55,895 bases of DNA. Source: Chara braunii. Lineage: Eukaryota > Plantae > Charophyceae. Shown here piece by piece: positions 44,881 to 55,895 of the stretch. The notes beneath the pieces were generated by a model that made no database searches, was not told where the DNA came from, and saw only the letters and a list, made by a program, of their open reading frames with translations. The stretch spans positions 2,882,167 through 2,938,061 of the forward strand of contig BFEA01000038.1 of assembly GCA_003427395.1 (NCBI GenBank). The letters run 5' to 3'. Each line of letters begins with the position of its first letter. Position 1 is the stretch's first letter. The translations under genes were made by a program, and so were the position numbers.

Positions 44881-46674
44881 AAAGGCAAGAGCTTTGGCAA
44901 GGATCTTATAGGGAAGTGTTAGAAGCGAGATGGGTCTATAATTCCTGATATCTTCTCTCTCTCCTTTTTTGTACAACAAAGTGACCACGCTGCTACTCAG
45001 TAGGTTTCCCAGTCCCCCCTTGAGCCAGCTGTTGTTGTAGAAGTTTAGCAGATCTCCTCCTAAGAGCGGCCAGAACTTTTCCCATAATTATTTTGTCAGC
45101 CCGTCAATTCCTGGAGACTTATTGTTGTCCATATTTTGGACAGCAAATTGCAGCTCTTCCATGGTGATGGGCTTGTCCAGACCTTCTGCTTGTTCTTGAG
45201 ATATCGTTTGTTCCGGGTATTGCAGCATCCTAGTCCGTGCCTCTCTGGTGCTGGGTGGAGTAGGTATAGGGGTCTTCATGTGGTAGAGCTCTTCGTAGAA
45301 TCCTTTGCTACATTCAACATTCCTTCGCTATCTCTTGCTGTTTCATTTGGATAGGGTTTTCAAGCCCTCTATCGCATTGGCCCTTGAGTTTGCTTTGATT
45401 CTTGCGAAAAAGTGTTTTGACATTGACTCGCTTAACTCATATTCGTTCATTCTGGCTCTTATTTGTAGTCCCTTTAGTTCCCACCATCTCCACATAGCGA
45501 GTTCTTCTCTTGCCTTTCCAAAAATGTCTCTGTAGAGTGCCGAAGAGGGGTTATCGATCGGATTTGTCTCTGCGATCTTCGGGGCTGTTTCCAATGCTTG
45601 CTTCCTCTGTTTCCTGTCGGCCGCTAATTTCCTTGAGATTTTAGCTACTGTCTATGATAATGTGGAGTAACTTTCCTGAAACCACTCCCACCGATCCTGT
45701 ATGGGTAGGTAGGTGCCCTTTAAATTTTGTCAACAATCCTGAACTCCTACTTGAAAATTCCGGCTCAGTAGGAGGGAGTTGTTGAGTTTGTGAAAGCTGG
45801 ACCCCTTTTTAACATACTGTTCAAAGCTGATTATTAGTTCGATGGGTTTATAATCCAAACCCGGGTATGGTGAGAGAGCAAGGATCTCGGCGCTTTTGGC
45901 TGTCCCCATTATTGTCCCTGAAATCAGGAAATAGTCAATGAAGGAGAAAGCGGTATTGTGGGCATGGTTCTTTTTAACCAATGTGAAGGCTCTTGTCCCT
46001 GAATGCAAAGTCCGGTATGGTTCAACTAGATTGTAGTCCAACATCAGCTTTTGGATGGGCACCGCCTCCTGTGTATGCTGACCAGCTGCAGACCTAGATA
46101 TGCGATCCGTGGTGGGGTCTATAGTTGCATTCCAATCACCGGCCAAAATACAGGGCGATAAAGGGGGGATCAGATGGCTGATGTTTGTTATAAAAGTTGA
46201 TTTGTCTGAAGAGTTGTTCGGTGAGTAAACACTTATTATTCTGAACTCTTCGTCCTTCCACTTTGCATCCATAAGGCACCACCTACCTTCTCCCGTGTCC
46301 GCCTCTTTTCCCACTATCGACCCTGCCGTCTATAAGCGGGATGACTTGGGTATAAGGATGGTTGTACCTTTCGTACTTGTCGCATTGTCTGAGGACCATA
46401 TTTCATCTTTCATTCCTCCCAATTTCCGTGATAAGAGTTTCCGAATTCTGTTGTGTTCTGTTGAGAAGGTAACGTGAGTTTCTTGTAGCAATATGATATC
46501 TGTCAGTTTGTTTGTGTGAACGGTAAGACCTTTGATTATATCTTGCATTTTTCCTTCATTGTCGTTAATATTTCCGAGCCCATTAATATTCCAGCTCCTA
46601 ATGACTTTCCCTTGTGTCTTCCAATCCACCCGGTCTTCCTTTTCGTTTGCCCCCTTTCTAAAAATCTCCATCAT
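44881..46674 (-). pseudogene. LINE-B ORF2 N-terminal half (APE endonuclease, linker, start of RT)
   Basis: SWNINGL, LLQETH, VYSPN, AGDWNAT, IDYFLIS, KSPGIDGL, LLYKKG..NYRPISLL..KILAKALAF. Confidence 0.92.
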
Positions 46675-46906
46675 TGAGGTTGTGGGGAAGAGACAGGGGT
46701 GCGATCATAGTACATACTTCCTAAGAGGGGCCCTGATCGCATGCATCCATCTCCGACGATCCATCACCCGGCGGGTCCTGAATCATCGTGGTGAGAGAAT
46801 CATCTAGCTTATACTCCCCCACACTTCCACTAGTTCCCTGTCTCAGGACAAGGGCCGGTTCTGATCCTACTCCTTTGTCGTCATCTTCCCACTCCTCCAT
46901 ATCACT

Positions 46907-49463
46907 CTAAGAGTAATCACTTCTGTAGTATCTGTCCAGATCAATGGGGAACGCCCTTGAGTCCAGATTGTTGTCTCCCTTCAGAATCCCATGAGTCCAG
47001 AGGTGCGCCATTGAGACCGCCAACAGTTCCGCTGGAATGCCGGGTCCCGCCAGCATGCTATATGGAATCGCTATCACGGTTCTCCAAGGCCTCCACATCA
47101 TCCCACTCTTCAGCTTGGTTTCCTCTGACAATTTTGCAATCAAAGGGGAGAAGGCACGAGGGGAGTGTCTCTCTAGGTCCATATGATGATCCTGCTGGTC
47201 CTCCTGGCCTGCTTGGGAGGACCTGTCCTCCTGATCATCGTCCAGGGCAACTGTTTCGTACACGCCCAGTGGGTACCCCTTTGTTACCTTTTCTTAAAGA
47301 ATACTGGCCACGTTTTGTCCTTCCTCAATCCTTGGGATTGTGAAAGACACATCTGTGGCAATCTGCCATTCTCCCTCTTTCTCTACGTACCTGGCCGCAA
47401 TCAGCGGGCGGGTGGCCATCAATGTCTGGCGTGCTGATTTGGCTGAGGCCACTACATGAGGTGCCTCTCCATCTGCGATGTGCTGAATGGTAGTGAACTC
47501 TGGTGTGTATTCTGCATTCCACTTTATTAACTTTTTTGTTTGGGCCACCACCACAACCACTTCTTTTTCCAAAAGTGAGCGTGCTGATTTCTCTTATGCC
47601 TCTGTTTTATCTGAATTCGATTCCTTCTTTTTCTGATTTTTCCCAATCTTCCATTTCTTTGGCCGCAGATCCTAAAAGTGGTCATTGGTGTTGAGAACTG
47701 TTTTGTCCTTGTCCGCTAAGCCTTGTTCTCTCGCCCTCTTTTTTTCTGCATATCTGAAGGTAGTGTATTCAGAAAACTCATGTGCCTTCTCTTTCTTTAG
47801 CGTGTCATACTGAATTTTTGACCTCTCAACGCCAGCGATTGTCGTATTCTTCCCATTTTTCTGGGATCTCTCAATGTGCTTCAAACAGGCTTCTCTTATG
47901 TCAAACGCATGTTCTGTCTCCCTCTTGGCTTTTCCAATGTATTCCCTTAGCCACTGCAGAGACAGTTGGGGCTCGGACGCACTGTCTGTGGCTGTCCTCC
48001 CTGTCCTCTCACTATCCTTGCTTGCTTTGTTGTCTGCAGCGTAGTTGGGGGAATCAGAAACCATAATTTTTCTTTCCACTTCTACACGAGTTTGTTATGT
48101 TCCCTTCTTCTCTTCTGAGTTCATTGCCTTTCTCTTTTTGAGACCCACCTCTGCCATCCTCTGACCGTCGACTTCATCCAGCGTTCGTTTGTTATCTGTT
48201 TCCGCCTTAGCCCTTCTTTCTTGGACCTCTTGTTCCAACCGTCTCAGCATTTCTTGAAGAGTTGTCGGTTCTTTGCTGTATTCTTGTTCTGCTTGTTCCC
48301 GGACTGCGTCCAAGTCCCACAACAGATCTTCCCTTACTTTTTCTTCTATAATCACTGTGAGTCGATTAATGGGTTGGTATTTACTTTGCCTGTTGCTTTC
48401 TTTTGCCATCTGCTGTCTGTCGGGGGGAAAATGTTGGGTTTTTTCACCGAAGGTTCCTGATCAACATAGTGCCAGACCCAATCTGGGTCATCCAAATTGT
48501 CATCGAACACCAGCCATCATAGTTGGAATCTACGATGAACCAGGTACCCGGAGCATCCTCAACTTCCACAAGCATGTTGGGATGGAGTTTTCGTTCCTTC
48601 GACTGTGTCGGGAACTTTGGGCAGTTCGGAGAAGTCATGGTGAAGACCTCGACTTCTAGTACTCTGTTCTCGATCTGGAATTTTCATGTCAGTGAAAAAA
48701 ACGGGGAGTCGTCTGTCTTGACTTCTAGTAGGGAGTTCATGGAGCCACTGTGAGGTGCAATAAAATCTGGAGTCGGCAGGATCCATTTAAAGATTTTGTT
48801 TGCTGGATACTGTCTTTCCAGTCTATCCACCAAAAGACCATGGAATCCCGGTTGAATGTTGTCGAACTGTACCTATAATTTTTCTTTCATCAGTGTTTGT
48901 TTGTAAGAAACCATGAAAGTCGGATTTTGCCTCTGAACAGTCGATTTCTTCCATTTGGTGATCATACAGATTGAACCGTTGCAGTTCCTGTTCCTGGACT
49001 TCATTTCTGCTGCGATCCGTGCATGGTCTTCATTGTTGAAGAGCACCACGATGTTGTTACGACCCAAATTCTGCAGAGAAAAGGCTTCCCCTACATGTTT
49101 GAGTTTTGCTTCCTTCTTGATTGTTTCTATAATCCATTTTCTCTTCTCTGCCGACAGAAGATCTGCTCCGTTGCGAGTAAAATTGAAGACCACTCCATGC
49201 CTTTCGTGAAGATTGTCCAGTTCGGGTACTTTCCCATCGGGGTACTTCCATACAATCACATCTTCCTCTTTCCCTTCAGTCTTTTGCTTCTCTGTGATAG
49301 GTTCACCTTCAACTTTTGTTTTCTCAATCAACAATTTGAGTGCTTCGTTGTCTATGGTATTCAGTGCTGATTTGTCCATCTGCTGGTTGCGGTGCATGGG
49401 GAGTGCATTCTGAACAACTTGTTTGAAAGAGGCCACGTCCCGGCCTGTAGTTGGACTAGCCAT
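46907..49463 (-). pseudogene. LINE-B ORF1 region plus extra conserved coding region
   Basis: VWKYP..LHERHGVVFNF homologous to LINE-A ORF1; MMWRPWRTVIAIPYSMLAG homologous to 9194-9871. Confidence 0.8.
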
Positions 49464-51460
49464 GAAAGCAGCACCAGCACAGGGGGAGAGGAGGGAGCAA
49501 ATAGTCAGCAGAACAGATTGTGAGACGGAAAGCGGGGTGTATGGCAATCGCTGAAGGGGTGGGTTAGTAGCACAGTAAGTTGGGGTGTAGGCGGACTTTT
49601 TTTATTTTTTTTAATTTTAATAATATGACGTGGCTATGGGGAAGGAGTTGTTGTCAGATAAGGTGAAGAAGTAAGATAGCAGGTAGAATGTCATGTCTTG
49701 TGAGGGGCAAGTAGGCTGTGATTAGATAGTTAGGGTTGTGTATGGTCAGTGTGAGCACTGACCGTTCAGGTTGGTAGATGTAGGACTAAGTTTGTTATGT
49801 GGCGAGGGCTAGCCAGGGGCTAAGATAGAGAAGATGAAAAGCTGCCCAACGAATGGGGGTTGGGNNNNNNNNNNNNNNNNNNNNNNNNNNNNNNNNNNNN
49901 NNNNNNNNNNNNNNNNNNNNNNNNNNNNNNNNNNNNNNNNNNNNNNNNNNNNNNNNNNNNNNNNNNNNNNNNNNNNNNNNNNNNNNNNNNNNNNNNNNNN
50001 NNNNNNNNNNNNNNNNNNNNNNNNNNNNNNNNNNNNNNNNNNNNNNNNNNNNNNNNNNNNNNNNNNNNNNNNNNNNNNNNNNNNNNNNNNNNNNNNNNNN
50101 NNNNNNNNNNNNNNNNNNNAATGCTGAGTGTACGGAAATCGGTGAAGGGGAAGGATAAACACACAGTAAATCGGGGTCTAGGTGGACGGTGGACCTTTTT
50201 TTTTTATGTGGCTATGGGGAAGGAGATGTTCAGCAAAACAGACAGCAGAACAAAATGCTGAGTGTACGGAAATCGGTGAAGGGGAAGGATAAACGCACAG
50301 TAAATCGGGGTCTAGGCGGACAGTGGAGCTTCTCTTTTCTTTTTTTACATGGCTATGGGGAAGGAGATGTTGTCAGATGAGATGAAGACGTAAGAAAGCA
50401 GGTGGGATGTCGTGTTAAGGGGAAGGTAGGCTGTGCGTAGATAGATAGTGTTGTGGATGGTCAGTATGATCACTGAACGTTTGGGTGTATCTCACTTGAA
50501 AAAACGAAGCAAACTTGTCCTCTCTTGGATGCTATTGCAGTCACATTCACTCTTGCTAGCTGTAGTAGTATTCGCTTTCGTAGTGCACTCCCTCGTCAAA
50601 AGTCGCCCTCGTATTGCACTACCTCGTCGAAAGTTGCCCTTCGTAAAAATGTTACGTATGTCCTTCGACCAAAATAAGGCCGTCTTGAACTTCCCTCGGT
50701 GGGCCCCTCATGTCTGTGACCACGCCACGACTCCATGTGGCCGTAACGCGCCTTTTCCCTGATTGGAAAGGCGTGTTGTAATCTTCTTCCGAATTCTTCT
50801 TTCGAATTCGTCGTTCCTCCCTTTTCCTCTTCAGTATGATACCACGAGTATTCAAGGGCAGAAGCCACCTTTCCTTTTTTGGATCTATCCCCTTACTCAA
50901 TCAATCTCACTTCTCCCCTTGCCTTCCTCGTAGAGGAATCTAGTCCTTGTGAGCCCTATCCCGCCATTCACCCGTTACCAGCGAACGGTTGGATAGTGTT
51001 CGCCCTCCTCCTATAATTCCTCGTAGAACTCCACATAAAAATGCTTGTAGTCCTTTGTCTTGTAGCTCCCTCCTTCGCTCACCTTCGCTTTCGTAGCAGC
51101 TTGGGAACTCAACGTATATCTTGAGGCATCAAGATTCTGTCCGAATCTTCCTTGTTTTGTCGCCTCCTTTGCCCCATTCCGATTCGACTCGAAGAGGATC
51201 CAAGATCCTGTAAGCCCTATCCCACCTTTCGTTCTGGTGCGCGGATGGTGCGATAGGTGTTGAATTTGTCTCCCCTGAATGCAGCTAGACGTAGAGGACG
51301 CGATGCACTCGTAGGCGCTGGGCTATGCACGTTTTCCCATGTGGCACGACACTCCGCATTTGCGCGCAGAGGGCAGCTCACTCGGTGGGGGTGTCACTCG
51401 GTGCGATGGCGCGACACATAGCGCTGCAAAAAACTTGCGCTAACCCGCGGCGCGTTTGGC

Positions 51461-54168
51461 CTAAGACCTGACAGACAAATGCTTTCATATAGATCAAACA
51501 GGCTTCATCCCTGGGAGGTACATCCTGGATAACGTACTAACTCGCAGCGAAGCGGTTAACAAAGTCAAAGAAAAAAGGATAAACACAACAATCCTCTTCT
51601 TCGATTTTCAAAAGGCCTATGACCAGGTCAATTGGGCCTTTATCAATGCAAGCATGGAAAAGATGGGAGTGGGCCCGAATTTCAGGAAGTCGGTGCGCAT
51701 TCTGTATAATGACGCCATAGGATGCGTCCAAGTCAACAACTTGCTCTCTGACTGCTATCCAATCTCTCGGTCAGTGCGCCAAGGGGACCCGCTAACTCCC
51801 CCAATCTTCCTCTTCGTTATGGAAGCAATAACCTCATTCCTACGCAAAGACCCCTCCATACACAGACTACCAGAGGTCAATGTAGGATCAACCCACCACT
51901 TATAGTTCCTGATGATAATAATGTTCGCAGATGATCTCACGGTCCTCATAAGAGCTTCAGACTCGTCGTTCAGCGCGTTAGTAAGAGCAATGGAAGCGTT
52001 CAGACTGGCATCAAAAATGAAGATTAATTGGAAGAAAACAATCGGTTGGTGGCTATCGGAGGAGGAGGTTCCCCAACGTCTAGGCCCTGAGGCAGACATG
52101 ACATGGGAGACACCGAAGACACCTACGCGATATCTAGGCATCTTGCTGGAAAAAGGATGGCCTCGACCCTCAAATGGCCCAAAATATACTCGCCAAACAA
52201 ATTAACAAACTAGGCAGATGGGGTCATACATTCACATCATTGCTGGGGCGTGCACTAGCCATTAATACATTTTTTTTTTCTATGAGGTGGTACATGGCGT
52301 CAATCTGGACCGTTCCTGACCATACAATCAAGCAACTTAACCGTAAAGCAAGAGCATACTTGTGGTCGGGTGACCCAAACAAAGAGAACTACATACCAAA
52401 GATAACTTGGCATTACATCACAAGGAAACCAACCGAAGGCGGTCTTGGTATCATAGACCCCAAACAGGAAACCAAAGCCTTACAAGTCAAATGGATAGTC
52501 AAACTACTAACTAAATCTGGCACGGCATGGAATAAACTGGCATTGGATAGCATTAGGGCCCTAGCACCTACAACCACACGAGCAAATATGTCCGGACTGT
52601 TCTGGGTAATGACCAAGGAATGGAGTCCAAGAACAGGACACAGAAATTAACGAAGAGGAACCGAGCCAAATGAAGTCAGACCCCCTACACCATATTGGAC
52701 TGCATTAATACTGATATGGCAGGAAGTTATGCCAAGGAAAGTGGGTAGACCCAAATCGAAAGAAGAGGTATTGAGGCAACCCTTGTTTGGTAATCCGTGG
52801 GTGAGAGATGAAAGTGATCACCAACTATCCTTTAAGCCTAGAGGAAGGAGGTGGTTATCATGGATCAAGCATGGAGTTTGGAAAGTGAGCCATCTGTGGA
52901 ACGAGGAGAAAAAGGACTGGATGACAGACCAGGAACTTGCCTCCCAGCTCAAAGGATGTCACCGGCGAGATGAGAACTTACAATCTATTGTCAACTGTAT
53001 CCCAGAAGGCTGGAAGGAGTTGTTAAGCGGAGTCTCAACTTGGAAATCGGGTGAATGGGGAGTGAGGGTGCAGGAGTTAACGCCCACAAGGGCCTATCAA
53101 TTCTCCCATAAACAGCAAGGGTCGGATACTTTGGCAGTGTTTACCTCCTTCCCGATTACCCCTGCCACGCAAGGCCTCTCATCTATCATGAATAAGGAGG
53201 TGGAAAGAACAGTCCTAAGCCCTTTGGTACTCAGAAAAGTCAGAGTGCTGGGTTCATGGCCAAAAACAATCTTCAGAATAGATACGGTGATTCAAGACTT
53301 GGAATTTGATCCAGCAGAGTGGGCTTGGACACCAGACCGAAGCAGAAGCCTCAAAACTAAAGTCTCCATTCAGGAATACACAGTCAAGCTGGGATACAAC
53401 TTACTCCTCAAAATGAAAGATCCTGAACCAACGATCACAAACAGATGGCAGAAGTTAATAGGGCAAGACGCTAGTCAGATCCCACAAATACCATGGAAAA
53501 AATTCAAGTCAATTCGCCCGGTTAAAATCAGAAGCCTACAATGGCTCATCTCATACGTAGCTCTACCGGTCAACCAGTGGGTGCATATCAGAAGAAGCAA
53601 GAATGACCCTAACAGTTCAGATTTATGTGCGGTGTGTTCAGAAAATGAACCAGAAGATATGCTACATTGCCTGATACGATGTAGAGAGGCGATCAAATAT
53701 TGGGCGAGGGCCTCGGATCTCTGGGATTCCCTCTTTTCATCTCCCCTCCCTGAACATCCCATCCAACTCCTTTTATGGACTAACATCCCGCCTCAATTCC
53801 ACAAGACAGAGAAAATGTGGTTTGCAATGATCAGAAAGGTAACGCTGTGGTCCATCTGGAAGGAAAGGTGCTGTAGAACCATTGAGGGACTCTCAACTCC
53901 AAGGGAGAAGGTATGGGCGGAGACAAGGACTTTGATTCAGACGGAGATCCTTTGCAAGTGGCACAAGACGAGACAGTCCATGCCAGATGACGAAGAGCAA
54001 CAGAGAAGAGTCGAGGCAAAATTCACTAAAGTGTGGGTTGCAAGGGGCAAAGTTGCAGAGATAAATGACTTCCACATACGATGGAAAGACTGGCACAACT
54101 CAGAAACAGGGTGGAAGAGGCAGAGATCCCAACCAGCAGAAGAACAACATCCATCACAGGTCACATAA
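51461..54168 (+). pseudogene. LINE-B ORF2 C-terminal half (RT core and zf-RVT)
   Basis: HIDQTGFIPGR, DFQKAYD, VRQGDPL, FADD, RYLG, EGGLG, QPLFGNP, CAVC..EDMLHCLIRC; a few stops and frameshifts. Confidence 0.92.
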
Positions 54169-55820
54169 CTTTGCAGGGCGAATCCTAAGACTGCAACTTT
54201 CGTAGCTTCTCTTACCTTTCTTGCTCTTTATTATTTATTTGGCAGGCTCATGTACTGGACCTGAGAGGAAAGGTGTAAGTAAGGCAAGCTGACAGTCAAA
54301 TCCTCCACGATGCGGAAGTAATCAATGCTGGTCAGGGTTCCTTTCGGCCAGACGGAAGGAAGCGTGAGTATGTGTCATGATGTAATGCTTATTTGTGACT
54401 TGCCGGTGGAATAGGAACCGGACTGATGCTCCCCAGAATGGAAATGGAGCCAGCGCCGTACGGACCTGTTCAAAAAAAAAAGAAAGAAAGAAAGAAAGGA
54501 AGGACCCTGATTCAAGACATGGACAAAAACTCAAAGAAAAAGAAAGGCCACCATCCGGACATCCGGACAGGAGTCCAGACGGTCGGTTGGAGGCCCATCC
54601 GGAGGGGCCAAAAACCCAAATTCAGAACAAAAGGGGGCAGGGTCTTGGACCTGTTCCTGGGGTCCAGGGCACCCCTCAAAAAATGTCTTTTCAATTCATC
54701 AGGCAGGTACCGGTCATGCAGACCAGCTGGACCGGCCAGCAGTGCAGCTATACCGTTGAGGGGGGTGAAAGGAAATGTGGGTTGGGGAGATACGCCGAGG
54801 CTGTTTTTCCCGCACTCCTCTCATTCCTCTCTCTCTCCCTACTTCCAAATCTGTACCTGCCCCAACCTATCCCGACCCTTTGTCCCTTACCGGTCATGCA
54901 GACCGGCTGGACCGGCCTCCACCGCAGCTGTACCGTTGACGGGGGTGGGAGGGAAGGTGGGTTGAGGAAATATGCCGAGCCTGTTTCCCGCCCTCTCCCG
55001 AGTCCCTACTTCGAAATCTGTACCTGCCCCAACCTATCTCGACCCTTTGTTCCCCCGTTCCAAACCTGTTTACCCCCCATCCTTTCGTTCCTCTCTCCTC
55101 CTGCGTCCAAATCTATCCCTGCCCTTGCTCCTGAACCTGTCCCTCGATACTTCCAAACCTCTATTCCCCTTGGTTCCAAACCTGTTTACCCCCCCCCTCT
55201 TCTCAAACCCCATCATCTGAACCTGTTTCTTGACCTCCTTCCAAACCTGTCTCCGTCTATTTCTCAACCTCTCCCACCCCCTCACTTCTTCTCTCTCACT
55301 TATCCTAGAATGAGCAGGATGGTGGGCAAGCGAGAGAGAGAGCGAGAGGGAGAGAGATGGGGGAGGGAAGGGGAGGATCTGACGAGCCATCGGGTTTGAT
55401 TACAAGTCTGTGGCTTTCCTCCTGGTCTTTGATGAGCACAACAGGGTGAAAGAAGGCAAAGATGTCGAATGCAATAGACTTACACATGCTTCTTCTTCTT
55501 CTTCTTTTTTTCTTTTCTTTTCTTTTTTTTTTCTTTTCTTTTCTTTTCCTTCCTTCCTTCCTTCCTTTCTTTCTTTCTTTCTTTCTTTCCTTCCTTCCAT
55601 TCGGACCATCCAGACCAATCCAGATCATGTCGGGATGGTCCGGATTGGTCTGGAAGTTCGGACATCCGGACATCATCTTTCTTTTTCTTTGCACTGAGAG
55701 ATACCCAGGATCATAACAATAACAAGTCTGATGTATGTACACTGGCGGTTACGAGTAGCAGTTCAAAATGCCACAGGTTCTTGCATTGTAAAATGCGGCC
55801 ACCAATGACAACCAGAAAGT

Positions 55821-55822
<2 letters not shown>

Positions 55823-55895
<73 letters not shown>
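55823..55895. repeat. (CT)n microsatellite
   Basis: Direct observation. Confidence 0.95.

Larger units (their letters stand above)
44881..54491 (+). mobile_element. LINE-B (Tx1/L1-like), near full length, with its 5' 6.6 kb inverted
   Basis: 17-bp TSD AAGAAAGGAAGGACCCT at 44864-44880 and 54492-54508; poly(A) at about 54472; RT split between strands. Confidence 0.92.

Overview
Eukaryotic nuclear DNA, most likely from a flagellate-sperm streptophyte (plant-type U2/U6 snRNAs, TTTAGGG-like repeats, non-angiosperm mitochondrial atp1 residues; a charophyte-like alga is inferred, not proven). The backbone is a minus-strand CFAP43/WDR96-like axonemal gene. Six phase-consistent exons (1,651 nt coding) are spread over 37.5 kb, and the introns are filled with nested mobile DNA: two large Tx1/L1-type LINEs (one RT-deleted, one 5'-inverted with a 17-bp TSD), truncated LINE tails, three tRNA-headed SINE families, hAT, Harbinger, Mariner-type and TTAA-flanked MITEs, two mitochondrial insertions (atp1, SSU rRNA), three U6 copies and one U2 retrocopy. 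The most interesting signals are non-coding. (1) An intact type III hammerhead ribozyme at 24994-25051(-), plus a head-to-tail cluster of ~120-nt (TA)n-tailed mini-elements at 33.1-33.95 kb whose 5' ends fall at or just after the ribozyme cleavage site. (2) A pseudoknot-like motif in LINE 3' UTRs that occurs in two circularly permuted orders. (3) A LINE-tail/poly(A)/U6 chimera whose TSD duplicates a splice donor. There are four N-gaps. All calls are by eye; no searches were run.
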